From NCBI RefSeq assembly GCF_006345805.1, contig NC_043007.1:38874001-38938000 (forward strand): a stretch of DNA of 64,000 nucleotides, written 5' to 3'. The stretch's first letter is position 1. Each line of letters begins with the position of its first letter. A program made the position numbers and the translations under genes. The DNA comes from Octopus sinensis (taxonomy: Eukaryota). The notes beneath the pieces were generated by a model. It was not told the DNA's origin. It saw nothing but the letters and a program-made list of their open reading frames with translations, and made no database searches. This document shows, in pieces, positions 35,006 through 46,987 of the stretch.

Positions 35006-36382
35006 TCTATCTTAGCCTCGCTTCGACCTTGACTCTCTTTTCATCTCTTTCCCTTACGCTCTCACTTTCCATCTTACACACTTACAGAAAGACTGATTAT
35101 GTTACCTGGATACACTCATCAGTTCCTCACACCTGTATGCATCCATGCATCTGCATTTTTGTGTACGTGTGTGTGGGCGTGTGTGTGCCTGCATGGTTGG
35201 ATGGATATATTTATATATATATATATATATATTTATATGTGGGTATGTGTGTATATATGTACATACACATATATATATATATGCTCTCACATAAAAGCAC
35301 ACACACACAAACACACACATGCACACATATACATATACACAAACACGCAGATGCCATTACATGGATGCACACATCAACACCCACAAACACACATGCACTT
35401 AGAGAGAAACAGATATTTCATTGATCAGATCCACATATGCATGCACAAACAGATCCATCTTTTTCACACACACACACACACACATGTTTTCCTTTGTCTT
35501 ACACACTCATATCTAGATCTAGAAACATTCTACTTTGGATGGTAGACTTCATATTTTGTCTGGTTTCACACCCTCACCTGGGCTTTGGATCTCTTCAGTG
35601 ACATCCCTTTTGTTACATTTTGTTGCAAACATACAAACCAGATCACTGGAATAAGGGTAACCTCCTCCCTCCTTCCTCTCCCCCCACCTCATTTACAGAG
35701 TCCCCTGTAAAAACTGAGGGTCATAGGTAATGCTTTTCCTTCTCTGACTAACCCATTAAATTATATAACGTTTGGTGTTAGGAAGTGCATCCAGCTGTAG
35801 AAACATTGCCAGATCAAATTGGAGCCTGGTGTAGCCTCCTGGCTTGCCAGTCCTCAGTCAAATCGTCCAACCCATGCCAGCATGGAAAACGGACATTAAA
35901 TGACGATGATGATGAGGAGGATGATTTCACACATTCATTAACACACACACATACACACACAGACATATGTACACATCATAATCACCATTTAATGTCTGAC
36001 TGTTGTCCATGCTGGCATGGGTTGGACAGTTTGACCAGAGCTGGTATACTGGAGATAGTAGCACCTGACTCTGGTTCGATTTGGCATGATTTCTATGGCT
36101 GGATACCCTCCCTTATGGCAATCACTTTACATGGCGCTGCACAAGCACCTTTACATAGTACTGGCACAGGTTCTTTTTATGTGGTACCAGCACAGGACTC
36201 TTGCAGGCCGATCCTTTTTCACCAGGAAGAGCTTCCTTAGCACTTCTGCTGTGGAATACAGGTCTTCTTGAGCTCATCAAGGTGCCAGATATCTTGGTTC
36301 TTTCAGTTCTATATTTAAGAGATGAAGAATTATATACATTATTTACATTTGATGGATATTTGTCCTCATCTTGTTTGTTGTT

Positions 36383-36428
36383 AACACAATGTTTCAGCTG
36401 ATATACCCTCCAGCCATCATCAGGTGTC
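36383..36428 (-). ncRNA. Minimal type I hammerhead ribozyme motif (one stem III substitution)
   Basis: GACAC-CUGAUGA-U-GGCUG(N10)CAGCU-GAAAC-AUU-GUGUU. The core is intact, stem I is 5 bp and stem II is 5 bp. Confidence 0.65.
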
Positions 36429-36475
36429 TTGGGGAAATTTCGAACCTGGGTTCTCATTCCTAAGGTATTTTTCAA

Positions 36476-36506
<31 letters not shown>

Positions 36507-36625
36507 GTACAGGTCACTGCTTGGAATCTTGGGGTTAGTAGCCTGCGCTCTTAACCACTATGCCATATAATAATAACATCGAAAAATACCTTAAGAATGA
36601 GAACCCAGGTTCGAAATTTCTCCAA

Positions 36626-36668
36626 GACACCTGATGAAGGCTGGAGAGTATATCAGCCAAAACGTGTT
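36626..36668 (+). ncRNA. Second, disrupted hammerhead motif in the inverted arm
   Basis: GACAC-CUGAUGA-A-GGCUG(N10)CAGCC-AAAAC-GUGUU. G12 is changed to A and there is a 3-nt deletion at the cleavage site. Confidence 0.55.
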
Positions 36669-36749
36669 AACAACAAACAAGATGAGGACAAATATCCGTC
36701 AATTGTAAATAATGTAAATCTTGGTTCTTTGTCATCTTATTTGAAATTT

Positions 36750-37248
36750 CAGCCTCCTGAGGAAATGACGAAATGACAGAGGAAATGATGAAAGACCGAG
36801 ACCTCTGAGATATGCTGTGACTGCGAAGACCTGACAAATGAAGTGAGTTCATGGCTCGCAGGACAGCCTGCTGTGCTAACCTTGGATCATAGAGTGACCC
36901 ACTGTTCTCGAGGAGACCTATTGAGTCAAGTACGTCAACATCAAAATAAAAATCAAGTGGAAATTGTAGTTATGATACCTGTGCCAGTGGCATGTAAAAA
37001 GCACCATCTGAACATGGCAGATGCCAGCGCCACCTTGACTGGCGCCCGTGTCAGTGACACATAAAAAGCACCAACTGATCGTGGCCGTTTGCCGGCCTTG
37101 TCTTGCCCCTGTGCCGGTGGCACGTAAAAAGCACCCACTACACTCATGGAGGGGTTGGCGTTAGGAAGGGCATCCAACAGTAGAAACACTACCAGATCAG
37201 ACTTACCCCCTCCCCGGACATTAAACGATGATGATGATGATGATGATG
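36750..37248 (+). mobile_element. RTE LINE 3' end
   Basis: Encodes a degenerate EMMKDRDL*DML-type C-terminus, followed by UTR repeats and a CATTAAAC(GAT)n tail. Confidence 0.75.
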
Positions 37249-37283
37249 CATGATGTATAAAAAAGTAAAAGCTAGTTGATGTT

Positions 37284-37315
<32 letters not shown>

Positions 37316-37909
37316 AATATATGGTATATTATGTATGGCGAGTGTGTTCTTATCTTCTTAGAGTAGACTTGTTATTGAGGGCATTCCAACTGTGACCATC
37401 TTGTTTATTGTTCACATATAATGTCCCTAGTACTCAATGTACTTCATTTACTAAGACAGTAAGTTGTGATTTTGTGGGTTAGGGTAAGGGTTAGTGGCTG
37501 CTAATTCTGACAGGCTAAGCTATGTACATATTCATATGCATGTATGCCTGTATGTGTGTGTGTGTATGCATATGTAATATGTGTGTATATGCCATTGCTT
37601 TTCTTAAGAGTCTGTATCACCTGGCAAATAAATGGGTCAACAGATTAATTAAGGGCCAGGTACTAAAACCTAGTTTACCCTCTCTTTGTTCTTACCTTTT
37701 CCTTTACCACATCAAGGATTAGTTCCTTCTCCCACCCACTGCACACGCACACAACTCAATTGTTTTATTTTGCCACACCATGTCCCTTTCTACCCCTAAC
37801 CCATTCCACCCCTCTGTTGTCTGATATATGAAGGAACAGATTATATTTTTTATATTTTTATAGCTTATATTTTTAATGGTGAACAACACACACACATACA
37901 CACACACAC

Positions 37910-37966
<57 letters not shown>

Positions 37967-38414
37967 CTAGAAATAAGAGCTAAAGTGCTCTGATGCTGCA
38001 GTCAATGTACATAATTGTATGCATACATACTGACAGTGACTGTAAATGGCCGAAAATGGCAGTCATGATATCCCTGTACTGCCGACGGTAGAGTTGGTTA
38101 CAACTTGCCAGATTCCGGACAAGATCACCATCAGTATATATATCTACTCCATAGAAATCTATGGATGATTTAGTGAATCACTAATGGGAATACAAATAAT
38201 TATATTAGTCAGTGGTTTAGCAATGTATCTTAATGGCAATTATAGTTTTCCTTTTTGGTGATACATTGCTAAACCACTGCCTAATTTAACAGGGCACATA
38301 GAGAGAAGTAGATTTGGCAATCTGAAAGTTGAGTTTTTCCTTGTAATAAATTATATTTTTTAATTAATATTTATTGAAAACCTTCTCTTTGGGATGCAGG
38401 TTTTGAAAATCATG

Positions 38415-38905
38415 TGAAATCGAAATCAAATTCGATGACTGGCATCTGTGCTAGTGGAACGCTAAGAACACCATGTGAGCATGATCGTTGCCAGAGCAGC
38501 TGACTGGCTTCCATGCCAGTGGCACATAAAAAGTACCATTCGAGCATGATCGTTACCAGCGTCGCCTTACTGGCACTTGTTCCGGTGGCATGTGAAAAAA
38601 CATTCGAGCAAGGTCGTTGCCAGTGCTGCTGGACTGGCTCCTGTGTAGGTGGCACGTAAAAAACACCATTTGAGCGTGGCTGTTGCCAGTACCACCTGAC
38701 TGGCCCTTGTGCTGGTGGCACGTAAAAGCTCCCACTACACTCTTGGAGTGGTTGGCATTAGGAAGGGCATCCAGAAACTCTGCCAGATCAGATTGGAGCC
38801 TGGTGCAGCCATCTGGTTTGCCAGTCCTCGATCAAATCATCCAACCCATGCTAGCATGGAAAGCGGACGTTAAACGATGATGATGATAATGATGATGGTG
38901 ATGAT
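38415..38905 (+). mobile_element. RTE LINE 3' UTR fragment with tandem units
   Basis: About four 63-66 bp units and the tail GGACGTTAAACGATGATG. Confidence 0.8.
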
Positions 38906-39384
38906 GTCAGTTTTTCACAAGAACACCCCACTTTTGAGCCTTTCAGTAATATACATACATATATACACACACACACTCTCTCTCACTCACTCACTCTCTC
39001 TCCCCCCTCTCTCTCTGTCACACACATATACACACACACAGTTGTTTGAAGCTAAACACCTGTCACATCAGTGTGTCAATGTCAACAGTTTATGAAGACC
39101 TTTCAAGGTCATGAACACTGCTCTCTTCTGCAGCAAGAAACCTGTTCATTTAAAAGGTTGGTCTTTAACAAATACATACTTGATTCAATATTCTTTTTTA
39201 CTTTTTTCTTCCAGCCAGTGGGCTGTAGCAAGGCTAGAGCTCTACCCTTCAAGCTTTCAATAGTTGCTAGCTGTTTACTATCCTAATCATTAATTATGCC
39301 TTCAATAATTATTCAACTACATTATTAATCATGTTTGCCAGTATTAGAAGAAAGAACATCTACTCCCACATCACCGGTGAATAG

Positions 39385-39438
39385 TGAGTAGTAGTAGTAG
39401 TAGTAGTGGTGGTGGTGGTGGTAGTAGTAGTAGTAGTG

Positions 39439-39473
<35 letters not shown>

Positions 39474-39582
39474 GGTGGTGGTAGTAGTAGTAGTAGTGGT
39501 AGTAGTAGTAGTAGTAGTAGTGGTGGTAGTAGTAGTAGTAGTAGTGGTGGTGGTGGTGGTGGTGGTGGTAGTAGTAGTAGTG

Positions 39583-39620
<38 letters not shown>

Positions 39621-39860
39621 GGTGGTGGTGGTAGTAGTAGTGGTAGTAGCAGCAGCAGCAGCTGCCTCAGTGGCGGTTGTGGTAGCAGTAGTAGTAGTAG
39701 CAGCAGCAGTAGCAGTAGCAGCAGCAGCAGCTGTAGTAGTAGTACCAGGAGCTGCACCAACAGTAACAGCAGCAACAACAGTAGCAACAGTGTCAGTGCA
39801 GCAGCAATAGAGGCAGCAGCAGTAGTTGTAGTAGTAATAGTAGTCGTGGTGGTGGTGGTG
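39385..39860. repeat. (AGT)/(GGT)/(AGC) trinucleotide tract
   Basis: Direct reading. Confidence 0.93.
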
Positions 39861-40077
39861 GTGGTGGTGGTGGTGGTTGTTACGTGCCCAGTCAGATCTG
39901 ACTGAGTAGACTTATAAACAAGGGCATTTCATCCATGATTATTCTGTCCTTTTTACATGTATGTAGGACTACAATAGATCATCTGTCCTGTTATTTAAGA
40001 CTGTAGGGTGTGAATTGAAGGAGATTTGACTGCTGTTTCTAGCAAGCTGTGCTACAGTATACTCCCTTGTTGGTTTC

Positions 40078-40480
40078 ATCAACATCATCATCATTGTTTA
40101 ATGTTTGCTTTCCATGCTGGCATGGGTTGGACGGTTTGACTGAGGTCTGGAGAGCCAGCAGCTCTACCAGGCTCCAATCTGATCTGTCAATGTTTCTACA
40201 GCTGGATACCCTTCCTAATGCCAACCACTCCCAGAGTGTAGTGGGTGCTTTTTACATGCCACCGGCATAGGAGCCAGTCAGGCAGTACTGGCATCGGTCA
40301 GGCTTGAATGGTAATTTTTATGTGCCACTGGCACGGGAGCCAGTCAGGTGGTACTGGCATTGGCCATGCTTGAATGGTGCTTTTTATGTGCCACCAACAC
40401 GAGGGCCAGTCAGGCAGTACTGGCACCGGCCAAGCTTGGTGCTTTTTACTTGACATGGGCATGGGAGCCAGTCAGGTGGC
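40078..40480 (-). mobile_element. RTE LINE 3' UTR fragment
   Basis: (CAT)n tail plus about four tandem units. Confidence 0.78.
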
Positions 40481-41621
40481 TTCCATAACCAAATTTGTGT
40501 GGATTTGTACTTTGGAAGGGAGCTTTCTAGGTGCAATTCCATGGTTGTTCATGACTGAAGTGGTCCTCATAACCAATTCATTGCACATAGATTTTAACAA
40601 CAAAATCCTACACGGACATCCCCAAAGGTCATGTTGACCCTGGCTGAGAACCACTGACCGAGAGGGTTCATCATTGGTCTAAGATATGTGTTGTTGTTGT
40701 TGTTAGTGGTTACGGTTGTATAATACCGGGTGAACTCTAATGCAGCAAACCTATAATCACAGGCACTTTCACCCAGCCATGACCATCCCATCTGTCATGC
40801 GGGTGAGTATTATATTGAGGATTAATTTAACAATAAAAGTTATGGATTAACCAGGTAGCTAGCTACCCTTTCTACCACATTGGGCGCCAACAGAACACAC
40901 ACATATACACACACAACAATAATTGTTATTGTTTAGTCTTACATCAGCTCTAATTCCAATTTTATGACCAACTGTACTCCACTTATGGGATGGTCACGGT
41001 TGGAATGCCTCCAAAGAAAGATGGGACCCATATTTTTTGCGTATTTGCAAAATATGATACGGGCGTGTTATTGGTATTTAACAAAAATTATTACTATAAA
41101 AAATGTCAGAGTTAGGAAGCACCAAGCTGGAATTTCTCCATCTTGATGGCTAGATATTTGTCTGTTATTTCTACTATGCTGAGTGACAATGTCAAAGTTC
41201 ATTTATTGGCTTGAAAATTATTTAGCTGCTGTTTCTAGCAGATTGAGTGACCACATAGAGGTTCCCTTGTTGATGTGGAAAAAATGTTTGGCTGCTATTT
41301 CTAGCAGGCCTGACAGCTACATAGAAGCTTGTGCTAGCTGGGAAATATTTGGTTGCTATTTCTGGTAGGGCAAACAACCATGTAGAAGTTGGTGCATTTG
41401 TTCTGGGAAGCTATTTGGCTACTATTTCTGGCATGTCTAACGACCACATAAAGTCTCTGACATTAACAGATATAGTTAGTAGTATATAATTTGTCCAGCT
41501 ATGACAGTAATTATTGCAAGAAAATGGCCAAAATAACCTTCTCCTCAGTGATAGCATATAAGAACAGTAATAATCCTTTTTACTATAGGTACAAGGCCTG
41601 AAATTTGGCAGGAGGTCAGGT

Positions 41622-41895
41622 GTGGAGGCACATGGCCTAATGGTTAGAACAGCAGACTCGCGGTCAAGGGATCGCGGGTTTGAATCTCAGACCAGACGAT
41701 GTGTGTGCTTATGAGTGAAACACGTAAGCTCCATGTGGCTCCGGCAGAAGGTAATGGTGAACTTCTACTGACTCTTTTGCCACAACTTTCTCTCACTCTT
41801 TCCTTCTGCATCTTGTAGCTCACCTGTGACGGACCGGTGTCCCGTCCAGGTGGGGAACCTATACACCAAGGAAACCAGCATGGCTCAAGAAGGAG
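41622..41895 (+). mobile_element. SINE family C
   Basis: Homologous to 18242-18540. Confidence 0.75.
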
Positions 41896-42994
41896 CAAAC
41901 AAGGAGGTCAGGCTAGTCCATTTTGTCAACCCCAATGCTCAACTGGTGCCTATTTCTTCTACTCCAAAAGGATGAACGTAAAGTTGACCTTAGCAGAATT
42001 TGAACTCAGAATGTAAAGATGGACAAGATACTGCTAAGCAGGTGGTTTTTGTCTGAGAGAAAATCTCTTCTTAGACATATTGTGGTTAAAACACAGCATA
42101 TATTAGAACAAGGGAGATAACATCCTTGCAGCAAGCACCTCAAAGAGAATGCTAGATGGGTTTTGGCCTTCTTGGACCTTACCAATAATAAGTACCAGCT
42201 TGTTACATGCTTAAAATGAAACGTGTCCCCTCCAGTACAAAGGAAACAGTGGATAATATATTCACTAACATTGTTGAAAATTTGCTGGGCTGTAGTAAAC
42301 TCAGTAAACCAATGATGTCGCAACTCATTTCTACAGCTGAATGAATTGGAGCAATGTGAAATAAAATGTCTTGCTCAAGAATACAACACACAGCCTGGTC
42401 CAAGAATTGAACTCACTACCTCATGATTGTGAGCATGACTGCGTGTTGTGTTTGTGAGCAAGACACTCTATTTCACATTGCTCCAGTTCACTCGACTGTA
42501 GAAATGAGTTGCGACATCACTGATGCCAAGCTGTATCAGCCTTTGCCTGTCCCTTGGATAACATCAGTGGTGTAAAGAAGAGAGGCTGCTATGCATGGGC
42601 AACTCTTGGTCTTCCATAAACAACTTTGCCCAGATTTGTGCCTAGGAAAGTAACTTTCGAGGTGCAATCCTATCTTCATTCATAACTGAAGGCAGTCTTT
42701 ACCTTTATTGTGCAAGGTACCAGTAAACTAATCTAGCAGCCACAGAAATTTTAAGTTCCTGCTTATAAATTAGTGTGGATTATGAGAGGATCTCAACCCA
42801 TTAGTGTCCAGAAAGCTGGCATTGTACCTGTATTACATTAGTGTATGGAGCATATACTTGTTTCAGATTTTAGCACAAGGCCAGCAAGTTTGGGGGAGGG
42901 GGTAAGTCAATTATATCACCACCCCCAGTGCTCAATTGGTACATGTGTTATTGACCCCGAAATTATGAAAGACAAATGGAATTTGAATTTAGAA

Positions 42995-43575
42995 TCATCA
43001 TCATCATCATTATCATCATCATTTAGCGTCCGTTTTCCATGCTAGCATGGGTTGGACGGTTCAGAAGGCTGCATCAGGCCCAGTCAGATCTGATAGTGTT
43101 TCTACGGCTGGATGCCCTTCCTAACGCCAACCACTCCGTGAGTGTAGTGGGTGCTTTTTACGTGCCACCCGCACAGGTGCCAGACGGAGCTGGCAAACGG
43201 ACACGAACGGATGGTGCTTTTACGTGCCACCGGCACGGGGACCAGGCGAGGCTGGCAACGGACACGAATGGATGGTGCTTTTACGTGCCACCGGCACGGA
43301 GGCCAGACGGGGCGGTGCCGGCAACGGCCATGATCGGATGGTTTGCTTAACCACAGCTGCAACTTCCACTGATATTGATTGACCTCAATTTTGGTTCTGC
43401 TTTCTGATATCTGATTTGATTTGGTTTGATTTTGATTTTGATTTTGATTCTGACTGTTCTCACTGGTCTTGCCGGGTCTTCTCACGCACAGCATACTTCC
43501 ATAGGTCTCGGTCTCTAGTCATTTCCTTGGTGAGACCTAAAGTTCGAAGGTCGTGCTTCACCACCTCGTCCCAGT
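42995..43575 (-). mobile_element. RTE LINE 3' end
   Basis: Last codons (VVKHDLR...MTRDRDLWKYAVREKTRQ), UTR units and (GAT)n tail. Confidence 0.88.
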
Positions 43576-44100
43576 TGTGGAAAAAGACAAAACAAAATTT
43601 TGCTAAGCAGTTTGTTCTGCTTGCTAATGATTCTGCCAGCTTGCCACCTTGTACAAAGCATATATCAAAAAATAGTTTCTTCTGTAAATTTATAGTAGAT
43701 GGTTTTGAATTATAGAATCAGAGATGGTCTTGGATGGATTGGTATAGAAAGGGTTAAACGTAACAAATACAAACTGAAATTATTTATATGATATAAAACA
43801 TGAAAATCAAGTATAAGCATGTATTTACTATCACCTTTAATCTATTAATATTTTAAAACAGGTGTTATAAAGCGTGGAGAAAAATCTTTAATCTGTAAAG
43901 TTGTTTATTCATCAGAACTGCAAATAACTGGTCAACAAAAGGTCAACACATTTAAAAAAAAAAACATCTGTCAGCTTCTTTTGTCAATAAAATTATTTTT
44001 TAACATTCTTAATTTTTAGCTGCCCACATCCTCCACTCTTAGAAAAAAAATGAAACAATAATCAATTCAAACATAAAGACATAAGGTGGTCTTAGGTATG

Positions 44101-44134
<34 letters not shown>

Positions 44135-44195
44135 TGTATGTATGTATGTATGTATGTATGTATGTATGTATGTATGCATGTATGCATGCATGTAT

Positions 44196-44606
44196 GCCTA
44201 TGTGCAGTTTTGTATGTTTTGTTTTATATATGTCTTCACATGCATATACTTGCGTATCTAGACATGCTCATATATACTTAAATGACAAAACTTCTGGAAA
44301 GTTTTACAGATTTTTACAGTTCCAGTAATGGATTGGATCTGTAGTCTTTGAATCAGCTTTCTCCTTTCTGGCTTTGAGAAGCCTAATTTCTCAAGATTGA
44401 TACACAGGCAGTGTGTTATATATCACAGGACCCCAATAATTACAGGTATAAACCTGAACTTGTAATCTGGATAGAGTAACTGCAGATTTCTCAATAGTTC
44501 AGCGTAGGTATTCTCTTTTTCCCTAATCTTCAGCTTTACATTAACATCTGCTGGGCAGCTAATTTCCACAACTATACACAATTTCTATTCTCTATCCCAA
44601 ATCATT
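44196..44606 (-). mobile_element. 3' fragment of a restriction-like-endonuclease non-LTR retrotransposon (R4/Dong-like)
   Basis: MIWDRE*KLCIVVEISCPADVNVKLKIREKENTYAELLRNLQLLYPDYKFRFIPVIIGVL*YI...LQIQSITGTVKICKTFQKF matches the PD-(D/E)xK REL C-terminus pattern. Two in-frame stops. (ATAC)n lies on both sides. Confidence 0.75.
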
Positions 44607-44644
44607 GTATGTATGTATGTATTTGTGTGTGTGTGTGTGTATGT

Positions 44645-44903
44645 GTGTTTCCTTCTTTTCACATGATGGTTGTAAACAAGCATCACTGTCATACAAGCAG
44701 CGTTGTTCATTTCCAGTCTTCTGCATAAAACATGTATAGTTATGGGGTAATATTACCTTGCTTGGATACAGGTGAGGGTTGGTAACAGGAAGGGCACCCA
44801 TCTATAGAAAATCTGCCTCAACAAATTCTGCCTGATCCATACAAACACGAAAAAGTGGTTGTTAAACAGTGATGATGATGATGATGAAGACGACGACAAC
44901 AAC

Positions 44904-44957
<54 letters not shown>

Positions 44958-44995
44958 GGTGGTGGTGGTGATGGTGATGATGATGATGATGATGT
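44645..44995 (+). mobile_element. Family F retroposon 3' part with an RTE-like tail
   Basis: Shares GGAAGGGCA.CCA and the ...GAAAAGTGG..GTTAAAC-(GAT)n end with the RTE LINEs. Relatives at 3110-3355, 33590-34060 and 50760-50960. Confidence 0.6.
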
Positions 44996-45464
44996 ATTAT
45001 TTGTTGTTGATATTTAACTCCAGTTTAGACCTTGGACTTTGGATTTGACCGTTCTCTCTCTTTTCTTCAATCATAATGTTGTGAATTAGCAGAGTTGTTA
45101 ATGTATCAGTTAGAACACCTCCCAATATTTGTTCTATGTTTTTCTCTGAGTTCAAATCCTGCCCAGGTCAACTTTGCCTTTCATCCTTTTGGGGGTCACT
45201 AAAGAAATATTTTAGATGGACTAGCAGAACTGTAAGGATGTTGAACCAAATGCTTTGCAGTTTTTATTCTAGCTCTTTGCATTCTGAGTTCAAATCCTGT
45301 CTTGGCTCACCGGGAGTGTAGACAATTCATTACTCCGTTTAACATCACCATCTGGCATCTTGAGTAACTTTAGTTGAGTCCAGTCTCTTAACAACATTTG
45401 AACTAGGTTTGCAGTTTGAGCACACCTTCCTCCATCTCACTCCATCAATCTCGGAGAACTAAAG

Positions 45465-45720
45465 CAGGGGTCCCCAGCGACTAGGCTGTGGACAAGTGCT
45501 GGGCAGTGGATCATATGGTACCAGCCACACAGAAAGAATAAGTTTTGAAATTTTATGTCTATTTTATTGACTATTGCAGTTATTAGGGTGATTTTGCATT
45601 ATATATGTATGACATATGTAATAATTAAATTACATATTATACCCGTGATCTCTTAGTCCATGAAAAAATTGTCTTGCATGAAACTGGTCTGAGATGCAAA
45701 AAAATGGTTAGGAACTGCTG
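45465..45720. mobile_element. hAT (Charlie-like) MITE
   Basis: Termini CAGGGGTCCCCAGC and GGTTAGGAACTGCTG. Degenerate 8-bp TSD AACTAAAG / ATCTAAAA. Confidence 0.6.
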
Positions 45721-45753
45721 ATCTAAAAGATCATAAGCACTTTCCTTCCCGCT

Positions 45754-46154
45754 TTACTCTTTACTCTCTTTTACTTGTTTCAGTCATTTGATCGTGGCCA
45801 TGCTGGAGCACCGCCTTTAGTCGAGCAAATCGACCCCAGGACTTATTCTTTGTAAACCTAGTACTTATTCTACCGGTCTCTTTTGCTGAACCGCTAAGTT
45901 ACAGTGATGTAAATACACCAGCATCGGTTGTCAAACGATGTTGGAGGGACAAACACAGACACACAAACACACACACACACACATGTATATATACATATAT
46001 AGGACGGGCTTCTTTCAGTTTTCATCTACCAAATCGACTTTGGTCGACCTGAGGCTATAGTAGAAGACACTTGTCCAAGGTGCCACGCAGTGGGACTGAA
46101 CCCGGAACCATGTGGTTGGTAAACAAGCTACTTATCACACAGCCACTCCTACGT
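45754..46154 (-). mobile_element. SINE family A, full length
   Basis: Close match to the family consensus. Confidence 0.87.
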
Positions 46155-46543
46155 CTCTTGACTTAACAGACAAAAGAAAAAAAATTAGATCATCTAAAAT
46201 ATCCTTCTATTTTATGAAGATGTTAGGGTGTGATTTGAGGATAATTTGGGTGTGATTTCTTGCCAATTCTTTCTTAGCTCCTCATTTCCTCTTTTTTTTT
46301 CACATGCATTTCTTTTTTATAGGATGGTTATGTTGCCAACCTAAACCTTAGTGTTGCAGTAATTATTTTTACAATTAAGATAAACTATATACTTGCTAAC
46401 TGTTCAACTATGAAATAGTGGATGTTCGGTCCGGCTTGAATTAAGAATAAATTAATTATACAGTTGGACAGTTATGTAGGTGAAAGATTTATTTATGATA
46501 CATCTAATGATTAGAACATTAAATAAACTAATTAAATAAACTA

Positions 46544-46702
46544 GGCGTAGGAGTGGCTGTGTGGTAAGTAGCTTACTAACGACATGGTTCAGGGTTCAGT
46601 CCCACTGTGTGGTACCTTGGGCAAGTGTCTTCTATTATAGCCTTGGGCTGACCAAAGCCTTGGTAGACGGAAACTGAAAGAAGCCTGTTGTATATATGTA
46701 TG

Positions 46703-46766
<64 letters not shown>

Positions 46767-46987
46767 ATGTGCAGGTATATGTTTGTGTGACTGTGTTTTT
46801 CCCCCCGAACATTGCTTGATGCTGGTGTGTTTATGTCTCCATAACTTAGCAGTTCAGCAAAAGAGACCAATAGAATAAGTACTAAGCTTACAAAGAATAA
46901 GATTTGCTTGACTAAAGGTGGTGCTCCAGCATGGCCACAGTCAAATGACTGAAAGGAGTAAAAGAGAGAGTGAAGAGTAAAGAGAGT
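46544..46987 (+). mobile_element. SINE family A, full length
   Basis: Head GGCGTAGGAGTGGCTGTGTGGTAAGTAG through tail GAGTAAAAGAG. Confidence 0.87.

Larger units (their letters stand above)
36304..36717 (-). mobile_element. Composite retroposon: tRNA-like head, (AAT)n, hammerhead-bearing tail, with an inverted copy of the tail at its 5' end
   Basis: 13-bp TSD ATCTTGGTTCTTT (36291-36303 and 36718-36730). Arms 36334-36477 and 36575-36717 are inverted with about 10 differences. Head TGGCATAGTGGTTAAGAGCGCAGG-CTACTAA-CCCC at about 36507-36567. Confidence 0.8.

Noticed and set aside
39371-39905. Poly-Ser/Gly, poly-Val and poly-Leu/Pro ORFs
   Set aside because: Pure triplet repeat.
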